Below the pieces are notes generated by a model, which was given only the letters and a program-made list of their open reading frames with translations, was not told the DNA's origin and did no database searches. This document shows positions 25,167 to 39,064 of a stretch of 64,000 bases of DNA, piece after piece (position 1 is the stretch's first letter; each line of letters opens with the position of its first letter). The position numbers and the translations under genes were made by a program. Source of the stretch: Ascidiella aspersa (Eukaryota). Location: positions 22,072,001 to 22,136,000 of the forward strand of contig OZ004609.1 in the NCBI GenBank assembly GCA_963924565.1, given 5' to 3'.

Positions 25167-27885
25167 GAGGAGGGATCGTGACTTTTTATTGACACCCTGT
25201 CATGGATTTGGTGACACCCTGTTACTCATTTTTTTTTAATCTGGAAAAGGTTTGCTATGGTCAAAGCGCACTTTTATTAGGTTAAAAACATTTTTAATTG
25301 TGGATTTTCATATCTGATAAATTATACTGTTCAAATTAATACTATTGATTGTACAAGATTTTCAGCCCGATAATAGGTACCTAGCCTTCTTCTAAACCAG
25401 CGGCTGGAAACTTAACAACATAACTCATAAATTGTATAATTTTTTTTTCCATTAACAGCATTAAAATCCTATTAAACGTATACCCGGTAGTGATGGCGTT
25501 ACAGACTGATTTTTGTTTGATTTATAAAAAAGTAATTATTAAAAGCACTCTGTATGTTATTTGAATTGCCTGTTACGATATGGTTAAGTTTATTAGTAAT
25601 TTGGAACACTTTAATTTTAAGCAGTTGTTATTTGTACCAAAATGACTGCTGCTTGTCACACATTACTGCCCCGAAATACACAGGACATTAGACATGACTT
25701 AGAAGTTTTATCAAACAGTGTTTATAACTGTTTTGCAAAATGACAATAATTCACTCGCAGAACACACCAAAAAAAACTATTCTTCCTGGATTCTTTCAGT
25801 TGACATTCAACACATCGTTTTATCATCTTTTATTACAAAGCAAGGGATGCCAAAAAAGGTTGACAGTCGCACAACGAAATAAATACGGACTAGTTTTGGC
25901 AACACATTGAATTATTTACTGCTACACGTAATTTTCACATCATACAACCACATCATGTGTGATTTTTAAAGTGCATGAAACAGGAATCCTTAATTATTTT
26001 AACACTGTTAATTAAAATATAAGTGAGTAAGGCTGAATACCCCACCGGTTAGACAAAAACGCTTTAAAGCAGACTGATCGAGACTAATGAGATGGAACGC
26101 TATTTCTTTTGTTATCGCGTTCCCACCGACCAGATTTGACGCAAATCTTACGCACAGCAGACAGACACGACTAAACGCGTTTTTAGCGAAATAGTGCGTG
26201 CACTACTTTTTGCCGTGACTAAAGATACTTTTTGATAGAAACCACCATTTTTTTACGGGTTTTAGTAGGTTTTATGCTCGGAATGTTATTTTAAAAGGTT
26301 TAGCAAGTATTTTTTTTTTAATTATTATGAAAATATATTCCTGGAACGCTTGAAAAGCCTTTTGATTCGAATCTTTCTTTTCTATGTCTGATTTTACCAG
26401 CATGAATAGTTCAAAAAAACAATTTTTATGACATCCTTGCGCAATTTTGAAACTTATCTTCATGTTTTAATAAAATGCAAAAAGTGTATGAAAATAACCC
26501 TATTTATACCTTTTTCACAAATAGGGTGTACCCGCACTTGTGTTGCCGTATGAACGGCTTGTTACGTTTCCAAATACATATTTCTGCCAAAACTTCCATT
26601 TAATTTGCCTCCGCCATGATCATGACTGAATTATATCGCCTAGCTTTGTCGAGTTTAAGTTTCGCGCGCTTTGTCGGTGGGGATTAGACAGAGTCACTTT
26701 CATACACGACGCGACAAGTCAACAGTCAGACATGTTTCGTCGCGTCGTGTCTGAGGTCCGGTGGGGATTCAGCCTAAGTGAAATACTTTTTGATTTATCA
26801 TTCTACTTAAAATGTATGCTAATACTCTTACTTTGGTCCTGGTAATATAACAAATTAAAATATTAAATATGTCTTCATACTGATGCAAATATTTCACAAC
26901 AATGTTATACTAAATGAAGGACTTATTCAACTTTTACTGTAACCAAATATGTTTTAGGGCGTGTACTGTGTAAAACAGACAAAGTTTACCAATTAGCCAT
27001 ACTGCTGTCAATATGATTTAATTGCTTATTCACTTTTTGTAAGCTGGCATACCTTATAAAAATAAACTAGAAAACTATTAGGTTGGTTGTGTTAATTAAC
27101 TGAGGGGCAAAATGGGCCAACACTGCGCTGCATATAGATAATAAACTTAAAACAGTATTTAATTTCACAGATTGCCAACGATATCAGCTTTCAATTGACG
27201 AGGGTTTTATCGACTTCTTCCTTGGCAAGATTCTTTAAAGCCTTCAAGTTTTATAGATTCCTCCATTTCACATAATGCATCAGTTTTAAGCCATTTTTCT
27301 CATGTTGTTACACACTGCTAGAATACAAAACTTCAAATTTATAAAATAAATAGAGCCTTTCCTTTTTTGAGTAATTCTGCTATGTCAGGCTTCCAGTAAC
27401 TGCAATTTACATTTAATACCTGTATTTAGTTTTTTTTGGTTGTTGTTTAAAATGTGTATTACCAACATAAAAAATAAAAAAAAAAATCTGTTTATTTTGC
27501 CGCTTGGTTTTATAATTGTGCTTTCTTTATTTGCTGATAATACAGGGGTATTGTTAGGTTTTAGTTTGTGCTCGACAACAAATTTCAAAGAGTAGGGTAC
27601 TACAGGAAATTATACATACAGTTAGAAAGTGATAAGCCTTTACACTTCAGGAAAACTATCAAAAAACAAACATATTTCTACCCATAGGTCATAGCAGTAC
27701 AAATTTGGCAAATTTTTCAGATTTGGGGAAGTCGGTGACAGGGTGTCACGAATCGGTGACAGGGTGTCACGGAATCAGTGACAGGGTGTCACGGAATCAA
27801 TGACAGGGTGTCACGAAATTGGTGACAGGTGTCATGGATTTGGTGACACAGACATGGTGTCAATAAAAAGTCACGACCCCTGTTG
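25167..27885. mobile_element. non-autonomous DNA transposon with GAG...TTG termini and 8-bp TSD
   Basis: TSD CTGATTGA at 25159-25166 and 27886-27893; subterminal inverted repeat tcgtgactttttattgacacc; tandem palindromic GTGACAGGGTGTCAC units at about 27735-27850. Confidence 0.8.
26031..26774. mobile_element. PIF/Harbinger-like MITE (nested)
   Basis: TIR ggctgaataccccaccgg / ccggtggggattcagcc, with TAA on both sides. Confidence 0.75.
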
Positions 27886-28010
27886 CTGATTGAGGGAACA
27901 CATTAGGGCATTAGGTTGTTAACCGGTTTCAGACACATTTAGCGTCAAACAGGATAGGGACGACCAGCGACGATTATTCCAGTCTAACGCCTTTCGGTAA
28001 CCGCGTAAAG

Positions 28011-28277
28011 CAGTGGTTCCTAACCTGGGGGTCAGGGGGTCGCCGTGTACTATTTCTTGAACTAAAAATTTACAAAAAAATCAATACAAACAAATTCGCA
28101 GTGTAAGGAGTAAAATAATGTGCCAGTCTAACAAATGGACACCTGCTTCACTGAACCAGTCGTGTTTTTGGGTTACCTTTACTCTTACTTTCAACCAATG
28201 GAAGAAGAAATTGGGATCGCGTAGGTTTTTCAAAACTGGCAAGGGGGTCGCGACAACAAAAAGGTTTGGAACCACTG
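28011..28277. mobile_element. hAT Charlie-like MITE
   Basis: cagtggttcctaacct ... aggtttggaaccactg TIRs; TSD not evident. Confidence 0.7.
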
Positions 28278-29638
28278 CACTGGCGTAGCTTAAAAAACAT
28301 GTAGTGCCAAGCGTTTAGGCGTAAAATGTTATACCATTTTAATAAATAATTTCGCATTATTTATTTTATACCTCTGACGTAATTAAGCTAAAAAACATTA
28401 CTTTTAGGTTATATGCTGATTGCCTAATTTAGTACTACTCTTGTTTGGTATGATAAAAAATGCAAATTAGCATTAAGCTCTCGTGAGGTTCAAAACAACT
28501 AGTGTGTCCTGGCCATATGCGTTACATAGAACGTTCACAACATCCATAATGCAAATTTTTATTACAAAATCTACCTCTATTACTTACAATATATCGAAAA
28601 ATGGGCTAAAATATCATGTGATTTAATTTTAAGCGTGCTCACCTTAAAGTACAATAGAATTTCATGCAAAAACTGTTTATAACTATGCCCCATATTGAAA
28701 TAATTTACTATTTTGATATTTAGGCAGGAAAGTTTTCGAAAAAACGTATGTATGTTAATTAGTTTTAGCCTCTATAGTTGTAATGTAGACTCTATAAAAA
28801 TGACAAAAAAATCAAAAGCCTAATGATTTTTCTGACATCATTCTGACAAGCCTTGTACGTACCGTATGTCTATCCCATACTTTTCAGGTGTCGGTCTGTG
28901 GTTCCTACTTTTTCCATTATTTTTTTTGTTTTCACAATACATAGGCTAACTATCGAAAGTGTCTTGTAGGGCCTGGTCTAAAATGGGATCATACATTATT
29001 ATATGTTATACAAAAGTGTGACTTCTTTTGAAAGAATACTTTAAATATCCTTATTTTGACAAGCTGATAAGAATATAGGAATTGGCAATAATGGTATACA
29101 AGTGTAATTTAAGAAAAAACGAAAGGCCTAAAAGTTTTATTGAAATGAGCGGCGGGCTGGGTTAAACTAAATTGTTTGGCTGGCCGGATGCCGCCCGCTG
29201 GTGTCAGTAAGTTCAATAATTCCTAGATAGAAGAACCTCTTTGCGGCAAAACAAGCCTAACGTTCTCATTTAAAGTTGCAATAAATTTCCTTTCCTGAAC
29301 ATTTGTTGTTTTTTAAGGCCGGTCCGCGACAAAATTTTAGTTTTAAACCGGTCCGCAGTGCAAAAAAGGTTGCCGACCCCTGCCCTAACACACTACAAGG
29401 ATATTACAGTTTTATGTTTGACTTGGGACAACTAATTAATTCTAAGAATTAGATTAGAGCAAAATGTGGCTAATTCTAATCCAACTTGTGAATTGCTTGT
29501 TTGCTCATATTCTAGTTCTAATCTAATTCGGATTTTACCAAAATGACTACTTTATAAAACAGCATTTTTGGTATTTCTATGTTTTGGTTGGGCGACTTGT
29601 ATGTAATTTTCACAGTATGAAAAGCATTACTATGCTAC

Positions 29639-31426
29639 TGCTGGGCTAAACTGTTGGCGAAAGGGTCCATACGGTAGAAACGGTACAGCATAATAACTTC
29701 TGTCCGTTTCATTATTTTAGTTGAATGGGTTGAGCCATTTGTTCAGCTGCGTTCAGTTCAGTTACGTTCAGTTGATAAAGTTAAGATCCTTCCCGGAAAG
29801 CCTCGTTTGGCTTTTGTGCACATCGCCTGGCCATCGTTTAGCAGATGCGTGTTAACGGAATGCAAATACCACCTTCGTGTTACTTTACGAGCAATGTTTA
29901 TGGTGGCAGGCCTGCGTTTGGGCCACGTCATTAAATAACATGACAAAACAAAATCACGAGTTAAATTTGGCACATGTAACAGCAAGTTGAAAAATCTTCC
30001 GTTGGTTTACGAAGTTGGGGGACTGCTGTACATCTTGCTCTGTTGTTTGTCAAGTTCAGTCGTCCACAACCGTGCAATGCAATAGAAACCTTTGAAAAAC
30101 AAAACGAAAGAAAGGCAGTTATTTGTTCAATTTTTTGTTGCTGTTGAATAGCACATTTCGTTTAAGCTACTTTAAGGCAGGTAATGGGCTTATCCCTAAA
30201 TTTGTGTTTGGACTTATTTTGAAGCATATGTGTCGCGCGTGGATATATCATTATGCTTTTTACGAGGTATTTTACGTCTCGTGTTGTTGTAATCTACAGA
30301 CGCGTACTTTGTGCGTACTCTGATTCAGACTTTCTTAACTGAAACCCAAAAACGTACCAAATGTTTAAAAGAATTTGGAAATTTAACACAAAAATGTTTC
30401 GTGCACAACAAAATAAAATCAATATTAACAATTAGTTTTAGCGCTGTTATCAAAGTTTTAAGTACATGCGTATATTTAACATTTATAGCTTTACGCTTAT
30501 TAATCTTGTCTCACAACATAAATGAACAGATATTTCGATGAGCGTTAAACTTTTTTTTTTTTTTTAGATTTTTTATATATATTTTGTTAGATAGGTCGAC
30601 ATTCACCCTGTTTATTGAGCATTTTAAGCAAAAGTAGACATCCAGCGTCGAAATTGCGATTTCCATCGTTGCAGTGCTATTTCCTCCAATTGTTGATCGG
30701 CGGCGCTTGTTCTCTTGTAAACATTTGGTTAGGTGCGCTCGTTGCAATATGTTCTTCGAGACAAATAATGAGGAAAGTTCGTTGCTCGTAGGCTGTCTTC
30801 TTTTTCTGGTTGTTAGTTTTCTTCGGATGAACGTTGCGGCTTAGTTGTGAAGTTAACTTGTTGCTTCAAATTTAACGCTTAATGGCATCGCTGAATTCCA
30901 GATGCTGATTGACGTTCCTTAACGCGGTGGCCACCATTTGCAGGGCTAAACTGAATTAGTTTGAAGCTGATGCTGGTTTCTGCTATGATTTAAGTCTGGC
31001 TCCGTTTGTTAAGGTTGATCGAAGGTTGCTTGAAAGGTTGCGTGTTCTAACAGTTTACAGCAAGGTATTAAACGGATCTGAGTTTATTGAGAAGATCAGA
31101 ACGGCAATCAACTTACAGCAGGAATAGCTTAAAGTCCATGGTACAGTACTAACACAGTCCAGCATAATAAAGTCTGTCCGTTACATTATTTCAGTTGGTT
31201 AAATTGTCCAAATCAGTTCCAGTTACGATTTACTGATTAATTTAAGATCCCGTCTCGTTAGGCTTTAGTACACATCGCCTGGCCATAAAGGCATTTAGCA
31301 GAGGCGTGTTAACGGGTGACGTCTCCGTGTTACTTGTTTATAGACACGGTCAAATGTTTATCTGCGTTTGCGTCACGTCATAAAGTTGTTTGTGAGAACA
31401 AATAATAAGATCACCCGTACACTACA
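29639..31426 (-). mobile_element. degenerate LTR retrotransposon relic (two diverged LTR-like direct repeats)
   Basis: Direct repeats 29639-29981 and 30939-31426 share gggctaaactg, cagcataataa, cacatcgcctggccat and gcgtgttaacgg; both have TG...CA ends. On minus, the 31426-30939 copy has an AATAAA near 31085 and is followed after 2 nt by a PBS-like TGGTGGCC. No intact gag/pol. Confidence 0.55.
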
Positions 31427-31983
31427 ATACATAAATTAGCTCGTCCTACATAATTTACTATTTAAATTCTTAATTTGTTGTGAATAATAAATGCAATTCT
31501 GGTTGAATTTTTTCTAAAAAATTCGGTTATTCTAATACCAATCTGACTGGAGAAAACTAAAACTATCGAATTCCAATTCCAAAGTAATTTGGAAAACTGA
31601 ATTGCTTTAATTTTAATTCTCTTAAACTATTGTATAGATTTGTTCTGAAAACGTTGTTACACCAAGTTTACATCATTTTTAACAACTAGTAATAGAGTCG
31701 CAAAACTGAAACACCTAGGATTTTAGATCCAGCCAAAATTTATTTACGGCTAATCTAGATCTACGCAGATAATACAAAGGTAGCTCAATAAAAGATCACT
31801 GCCTTTGTTTAGCAATATATAGGCTACTTGGATTATCATAGACTATCAAGCTTTACAATTCATATATTTTGGTACTCGCCTAAACTAAACATTATTAAGA
31901 GAAAACTAGGATTCACCTAGTCACCTTTCCTTGACAACTAAGTAATACAACATAACATTTTAGTTGTTGAATTTATTCGTTGT

Positions 31984-34393
31984 TCACTCCTTGCCCATGA
32001 GCTTTTGTCTAGCCATCTTCTTCTTAGAGACCTTCTTTTTCTTTTGTTCCTCTTCAACCTTTGGAACAACCTGCTCCTTCTCTGTGAGAATCATCTCGAT
32101 GTGGCAGGGAGAGCTCATGTATGGGTTGATGCGGCCATGGGCTCTGATAATAAAAAATGTTAAGAAACAATGCTAGGACAAAAACTCTTAAACCGTTCAA
32201 AACAAAACCAGATGTTGAAGTGATTGGAGACTGGTATAAGGTTTTAATTGCTTGCTACCAGAACTATGACACTGCCTTGTTTCTTTAAGCTGTGTTATTC
32301 TCACACTAGCAAAATGCACAACAAAAAACATGAAATGCAAAATGCAACAACAACTTTTGTATGTTGGCATGAAAAAACGAAGCACAGCTCCAAATATACC
32401 TAGAGTTATCTGATTAGGTACCTAACGAAAGTCCTTTAGGAAGATAGTATTTTTAAGGTTTCTTAAAGATAATTTTCAAGGCAGGTTAGTAACATACAGC
32501 TAATACAACTTGAAACATTTGGAGGTCTATTAAATCTTAACAATATTAAGATATTAGCACATAAAAAGCAGCTAAATCTTTAAAATAATATCTACACAAG
32601 GATTAATTATAAGAATAAAAACAACTAAATTAATCAACCTGCTTGCAACAAAACAACCTTTATATTTAATTAATTCACCTGTAGGTTCTCCGCCTCATTT
32701 TGGCTGCAGCATTCACTTGAATGTGATCAATAACCAAGGAATCAACATCTAAGCCTTTCAAGTCAGCATTGCTTTCAGCATTCTTCAGCATTTGAAGCAG
32801 AAATGTTGCACTCTTTTTAGGCCATCTTCCCTGTATGAAAAAGATGAATGACCTTTAGAAAGTGTTGGAACTTTTATATGTTGGACACAACCGACTGTTG
32901 GAGGTATGGCAAATGCACTATATACACAAGAGTTTTTTTAGTTGACCTAACTAGCATCCGCTAATTTCCATCCTACCAAATGCATTTTACTGTGCAAAAT
33001 CTATCATGGGCGATGAGTTCAGTCAATTTCTTGTAGTTGTGCACTTAAAGAAAATATTTGGCCTTCAGTTGTTGAAGTTAAACATAATTTGTTAGGAATT
33101 AATAAGATAGGACCTAGAATGTTATTACAGCCATATAATTTTAGAAATAATATTACAGCAGTGTAATTTTAAGCAGCAAAATCGTTTCCCAGGGCAATAC
33201 CCTAAGTTTTTAATCTGGCAGCTGCACATATTTAACCTGCATAAACATATCACCTTGAGCGTCAAGGTGACAAATTGTTTTGTTAATCAATTTTAATTTT
33301 TCTAGCATTTCAGAAATTGGAAGAAAAAACGTTGGGACAATTTTTTTTATATTTTTGACATGTGACATTCATAGAAGGGCACCGAACTTAAAAATTCCTG
33401 GGCATTTTTTCTAACCAGTGCAAAAATGAATAATAATCACATAAATCGACACATTTTAGTTACCAGATTTTGCTCTCTTGCACATTATGACTGAGATAAA
33501 CCATTTAGTATAGTGTCAATTTCTTATTGCCCTGTCTGGAAACTATGGCAGATCGACGAGATCGTATTGGTGCGCAGCCGAAAAATTAGGGTAACTGGGT
33601 GCAACTAAGGTCAAAAGTGCACCCTCTACTATGACTTATAAAAAAACGGGTGCGTATTCATTTTCTAGGGGTGCAGGTCTAGTTTGTTGAAAAATAATCT
33701 TGGGCGTACTTGTCATACCTGCCAGAGTGACTTATAGTGCCTACAGGCTAAAAAAGTTTCCCAAAAAAAGGCCAAAACATAACATTAAATAAACAAATAG
33801 CATCATATATATTTAATAATATAATTTGGAGGTTTCATGACCTCATTAATATTGTGCTACAGGAATTAATTTTGCACATACTAATTGTGCGCGTAAGTTG
33901 GTCAACATACAGAGCATTCAACTCTGTCAAAAGTCCAGGGCGTCTAAAAACGCTCTTACACGCCCACGCTCGGCGTCTATGCATTCATGAGTTGGAAAAG
34001 ATTGGTAATTGAAAAAATCCTTTATCACTACGCTTAAATTGAACCTGAATATTTCTGCAAGTAATATAGTTTTACTGTCACTAGTGCAGTAGTCACCGAT
34101 TTGAGCCATATAAAATGTAAATACTATTCTTATGTTAAACGTATTGTCCTTACCTGAGTGGATTTAAACTGCTTTGCTTGTGCACAACGACCAACGCCTC
34201 CACTGAATCGACGAAAAGGAATGCAACGCTTCATAGCAATCACATCCTTAAGATATTGTGTGGCCTTACGAATGTGCATTCCCTTGATGGCTTGGGCAGA
34301 CTCTCTGGTGTTTTTGAAGTGAACGCGAAGGTCTGACCCACGTGCTTTGCACGATTTGGCCGGATTTTCTGGTTCTATAGAATATCTCGTCAT
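31984..34393 (-). CDS. RPL17: 60S ribosomal protein L17 (uL22), 183 aa, 3 coding exons
   Basis: Exons (minus) 34393-34154, 32830-32679, 32143-31984: MTRYS...[15 protein letters not shown]...GRWPKKSA...[27 protein letters not shown] on minus at 31977-31972. Confidence 0.97.
32210..32391 (-). ncRNA. box H/ACA snoRNA, SNORA23/ACA23-like, in RPL17 intron 2
   Basis: Sense to the host. Long 5' hairpin (agctgtg...cacagct), H box AAAGAA, 3' hairpin (agtg/cact lower stem, ctggta/taccag upper stem), then ACA plus 3 nt. Pocket GTCATAGT / CTCC is complementary to 28S H69 GGAG-UA-ACUAUGAC, with the upper stem 15 nt from the ACA box. Confidence 0.8.
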
Positions 34394-35150
34394 TTTTTTA
34401 GGCAATCGTATCAAACGAAATTACGCCAAAGGTGCGTAATTTGCGATTGAAACAGATATATTTTGAGAACAAACCAGTTGCGACACGAAGTCACAAAAAA
34501 GACCGACTGCTGCTCAGTTTATTTTAACAACCATTCGTGTAGTTTTTCACAATGTTTGACCATAGAATACTAATTGCTAATTAGTATTCTATGGTTGACG
34601 ACGACAAAACTTTAGGCTTCTTACATCGAAGTTAAGGCACTCATGTCACATTACGATAGTATATTATATATTGTTTAATAAATTGTTATATTTACGAGTA
34701 AAATTGAAAAATACCATCCTCCATCATTTGAAACAAAATTCAAAAAAGCTAACTGTACAATGCCGTCAAGTAGTTTCGGGGAACCCACGCTAACCCGCAT
34801 TCTAACCCAACATATTTGCTTTGTGGTAAGCGGTATTTAAAGACCGTTTTTTTTATTAATTTATACGTTCATAACTGAATGAGCGCCAGACCTTCTCTAA
34901 TACGAGTCAGGACCCTTATTTGTGCATGCATGACGCATTTTTTTGTTAGAATAAATTTAATTCGTTTTTTTCGCAACGACGTTAACATGGTTGGTACTAT
35001 TTTTTTCTTTATATTAGTCAAAAACGGCAATATTTTTAAAGTTTTGCTAGGTTGCCGAATACCCGGGATTATAAAAAAAATTTCCCGGGATTCGGGATTG
35101 CTAATTCGCGGGAAATCCCGGGAATTTCCCGTCGAAACATTCCCGGAGAG

Positions 35151-38100
35151 GGTAGATACTTAAACGTCCATAGTAGGATTCCAAATCCAAGCGTTTTCAG
35201 AACGCTTCCTATTGGCTGAAATTTTATGACGTAATAGATTCTTATTAAGCGCAAATCTACTGTAGTACTTGACGAAAAATAAAACGTCGTTAAACACGCA
35301 AAACCATAAGACGTTACTTAAAACATCGTTTATTGTCGTGTCGGTAAATAGGAGAAAATTAATTGGCTTATGGGTAAATACTTTGACACCGTTACGGACC
35401 TAAAAGGGTGAAAACTAAACTATGATGTTCTTGTATATATAATATTTCTTTTGTGTTCTAATGCATTTTATTTCAACTTTCTTAATTTGATAAGCATTTC
35501 TATTTATAACTAACTAGGTTTAACATGCTATGAATAGTCTTTCAGATTATCTTCAATGGAGTTGTAAATGTAACAGAAGGGAGCAGGCAATGTGGTATGG
35601 TTAATCCTTAACCCGTTCCCATGGAGCTCAGTTGAAAAAGTGACTGTCCCCGTTGAGCCAAGATCTTGGACGCAAGCCTCATGTCATGGCTAGATGTTGC
35701 TTGCATCACAGCCTGAATTACTGAAACTGATTTTAAATGAATTATTTCAAATATTACAGTTTAATTTTAATCATATTAATTGCAAAGTCACATAAGCCGG
35801 AGAATGTGTATGCAAAGTTTAAAGTCATATTTAATCTGTGAAGTGTTTTTTTGTGATTTTTTCTGTTTTTTAATACGTAAGTCTCCTTATCTAGTGTTTG
35901 TCAATTTAGCCCAAACGCTAACACGATAAGCCCCCGGACGAAAATGTGGTACGACAGCATTGCAGCGGCTCGACGTCTCCTATTAACAGAGTTAAAAATA
36001 TGTTCAAAATACCCGTTTGGTATTTTTCTTCTATAAGAAAACTAAATTATCTGGTAGGCCGTTTTGCTGATCGTCTGTTACGTCTTAAAATTTCATCTGT
36101 GACGTCATAAAATTTCAGCCAATAGGAAGCGTTCTGAAAACGCTTGGATTTAGAATCCTACTATGGAGACGGGCTCAAAACCAAAATGTGCACATTGTGC
36201 GCACAATGTGCACTTGCTATATGTGCACCGCATTCGAAGGTGCACATTGTGCGCACAATGTGCACTTGTCATATGTGCACGAACCAAAATGTGCACAATG
36301 TGCACTTGTTATATGTGCACCGCATTCGAAGGTGCACATTGTGCGCACAATGTGCACTTGCGATATGTGCACGGTTCAGTGCACATTTGAAGGTGCACAT
36401 TGTGCACTTGCGATATTTGCGCCAAATGTACACTAAATCTGCATCTAATGTGCACCTCACTTGAATTTGATGTGCTATCAATGTGCCGGTGCGGCAAAGG
36501 TGGCTAAAAAGTTGCACACTCTGTTTTCCGTGATCACTTTTTCCACCGCGTGTGATGGTAAGGCGCTATTTGTCCGGCAGCCGATTATTATTATCGAACT
36601 TAAAAACAGACAGACAGGCAGATGTAGGATTTGTACTTTTCTTACTTACCAGAAGATAGACAGATTGTCACAAATTTAATTATTGTAGACCCTTTGTTCC
36701 GGACTAATGCGTTTGTCCGCGGGAATCGCCGTTCGGGTCAGCTACCCACCGACTTGGTTTTCCCTCAGGGACAGGACTTTGTGTGAATTTCGAAGTCTCA
36801 GAACTTTGTGTGCGGTTGCGTTTTGGATGGCGTTGTGTTGCATTGTCATTCGTCGGGTTGATACCGAGAGAATCGGACGCATTTTGAGCACGGTTTGCAA
36901 TTTCGTTGGTTAGAGGCAAGAATAATTTTTGAATTGTGAAGTCATTTAAGCTAAGTTACGTGACGTATTAAAAAAACAGCAACTGATTGATAATATATGG
37001 AAAAAATGAAAAATCAACGTTTTATTTAATCAATATTCATATTTTTGTCATAAAATTACGAACATGGCGTTAACTTTACTCTGTAAAATACAAGTTGTGA
37101 CGTCATGCTGGAGTGAACCGCTTTTGTTTACAGGTTTTCGGTTAAGGTTTATGTTCTTTCAAATTATTCCGTTCAGTTCCGGTTCTGGTCCTTAAAATTT
37201 TACAAAAAACGGTGATTCGGTAACAGTTCAGCATTCTTTACCTTTTTGGATGTTGCATAAATGTAGGCCTATGCCTTTACTTTTTATTTTCAGTAATTAT
37301 TTTTTTCTCTGTAATCTAACATTATATATTTTTTATGTTTCTGTAGCATTATTTTACGGTCGTCTTTAACTTTTCTTTAGTGTATCGATTTTTATTTTTT
37401 TTTATTTCGATAGCCTTTCCTTTTTTATTCATTTTTTATTTACTTTACTATAATTTCATTTTTCTTTGTCATTTGAGGTTATATTTAATTTGTTTCTGTC
37501 GCGTTTTCATATTACCTACCTATCGATAGTATTTCGTTTATAATCTTGCTTAAAGTATTTCGCAAATATTGCTGCTGCAGTTTTCCGTTTAAAATTTTTC
37601 TATTCAACCATTTCCAACTTTATATCTTACGATTGGTATTTCGCCCTGAAGTGAGTATTGTTTTGTTCCCTAATTGCTTTTGTTCTATATGTGTGCCGTG
37701 ACGCCTTCAATTTTCTGGTTTTATAAAAGAAACTTTTGTGTTGAATTTTTTTAAATTCGATAGAGCCACTAATTACGAGGTCGATAGAGCCACTAATTAC
37801 GAAAGCTATTTTTAGGATTCATTGATCATTTAAAAACAAACACAAACAATCTAAGCAGACGTATCGCTATTCAATGTTCAACTAATTCTAACCAATTTTT
37901 TTCTAAGTTAACAAAATTAAAATGCAATAGTGCAGTTGAATTAGATTAAAAATGGTCAAACATAGATCTTTAAATACAAGAAGTGTTGCCTTACGTTTAA
38001 AATGTCCTATTAACATGCAATTGGTTTGGGGTGCCCAAAACGTGACATTTTTTCCGATAACCAATACCGTGAACAAAAAGTATCACAATCCGATACCCAA

Positions 38101-38728
38101 TGACGTCATAACCATGCCCACATAAGCAGAGTAGTTAAAAATTATGAACGTTTAAAAATACTTTTACGGGTTTTAAGGCTAAATTTGCAGGTTTAGTTAC
38201 CTCCAGTTGTTAACTTATTTGTAAATTTAACCCATATAATCGAAAATCCATACAATTGGGACTCAATTAAAAAAAAAGAATTATAAAAAGAATCGATCGA
38301 AAAATAACATGCATAATAAATCCACTCCATATAATCGGAAATCCATAAAAGTGGAACTCAAATAAAAAATATATCATAATAAAAAGAATGGCACGAAAGA
38401 TAACATGTATTACTTGATCTTTTCCATCCAAAAACATCATCGGAAAAATCGTTTAATATGAAGTTATTTATTTTTCTGTATAACGTTCACTGATACATTG
38501 TAAGTTGCACATTGAGCGATAGTGCACAAAGTGCACTTAATCGTCACATATCGCAAGTGCACATTGTGCGCACAATGTGCACATTTCGGTTTGCGTACAT
38601 ATCACAAGTGCACAATGTGCGCACAATGTGCACCGAACCGTGCACATATCGCAAGTGCACATTGTGCGCACAATGTGCACGTTTTGGTTTTGAGTCCTGT
38701 TGCTACTATGGACGTTTAAGTATCTACC
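35151..38728. mobile_element. long-TIR DNA transposon with 9-bp TSD (Merlin/MULE-like), inserted in a CCCGGGA-rich hAT MITE
   Basis: About 80-bp TIR ggtagatacttaaacgtccatagtaggattccaaatccaagcg...; the right TIR is split into 36101-36165 and 38703-38728. TSD CCCGGAGAG at 35142-35150 and 38729-38737. Confidence 0.8.
36166..38702. mobile_element. GAG...TTG-terminus element with GTGCAC/TGTGCGCACA inverted subterminal arrays
   Basis: TSD CTACTATG at 36158-36165 and 38703-38710; arrays at about 36186-36460 and 38505-38680 in opposite orientation. Confidence 0.85.
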
Positions 38729-39064
38729 CCCGGAGAGGAACCCTAAGTCTTACTAATTATTAGAGCAAGGGAGCAAGTTATTTATAAATCAAACCACTCA
38801 GTTTAAATAAAATGACGAACCATTTGGTAAACTTTTCCAAATGTCAGGAATAATTCAACTAAAAATTAACAAAAATAAACAAAATATGGCAATCCAATTG
38901 TTTGTTTTTTTGTACAAAACTTTTTTATAACATTATGTTAAATAAAAAACACTTATATAAAAAAAGACCCCCCCCCCCTTTTGAACTATAGACATAATCA
39001 CGTATGGGTAATGTTGTACCTAAGCAAGCTGGACGATTAGCAAATTTTAATTATATATTCCGTT

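Noticed and set aside
27735-27850. CRISPR-like array of palindromic 21-22-bp repeats
   Set aside because: No unique spacers or cas genes; eukaryotic context; these are transposon subterminal repeats.
32875-33027. Second snoRNA candidate in RPL17 intron 1 (long hairpin, A-run, ACA)
   Set aside because: The second hairpin is weak, there are no clear C/D boxes, and I found no rRNA target; it would need a covariance-model search.
36144-36517. Cys/His-rich ORFs (CTLCAQCA..., CAHCAHNVH...) resembling metal-binding or multiheme proteins; also at 38512-38763 and 45227-45631
   Set aside because: These are translations of the GTGCAC palindromic repeat arrays inside transposons, open in many frames on both strands.
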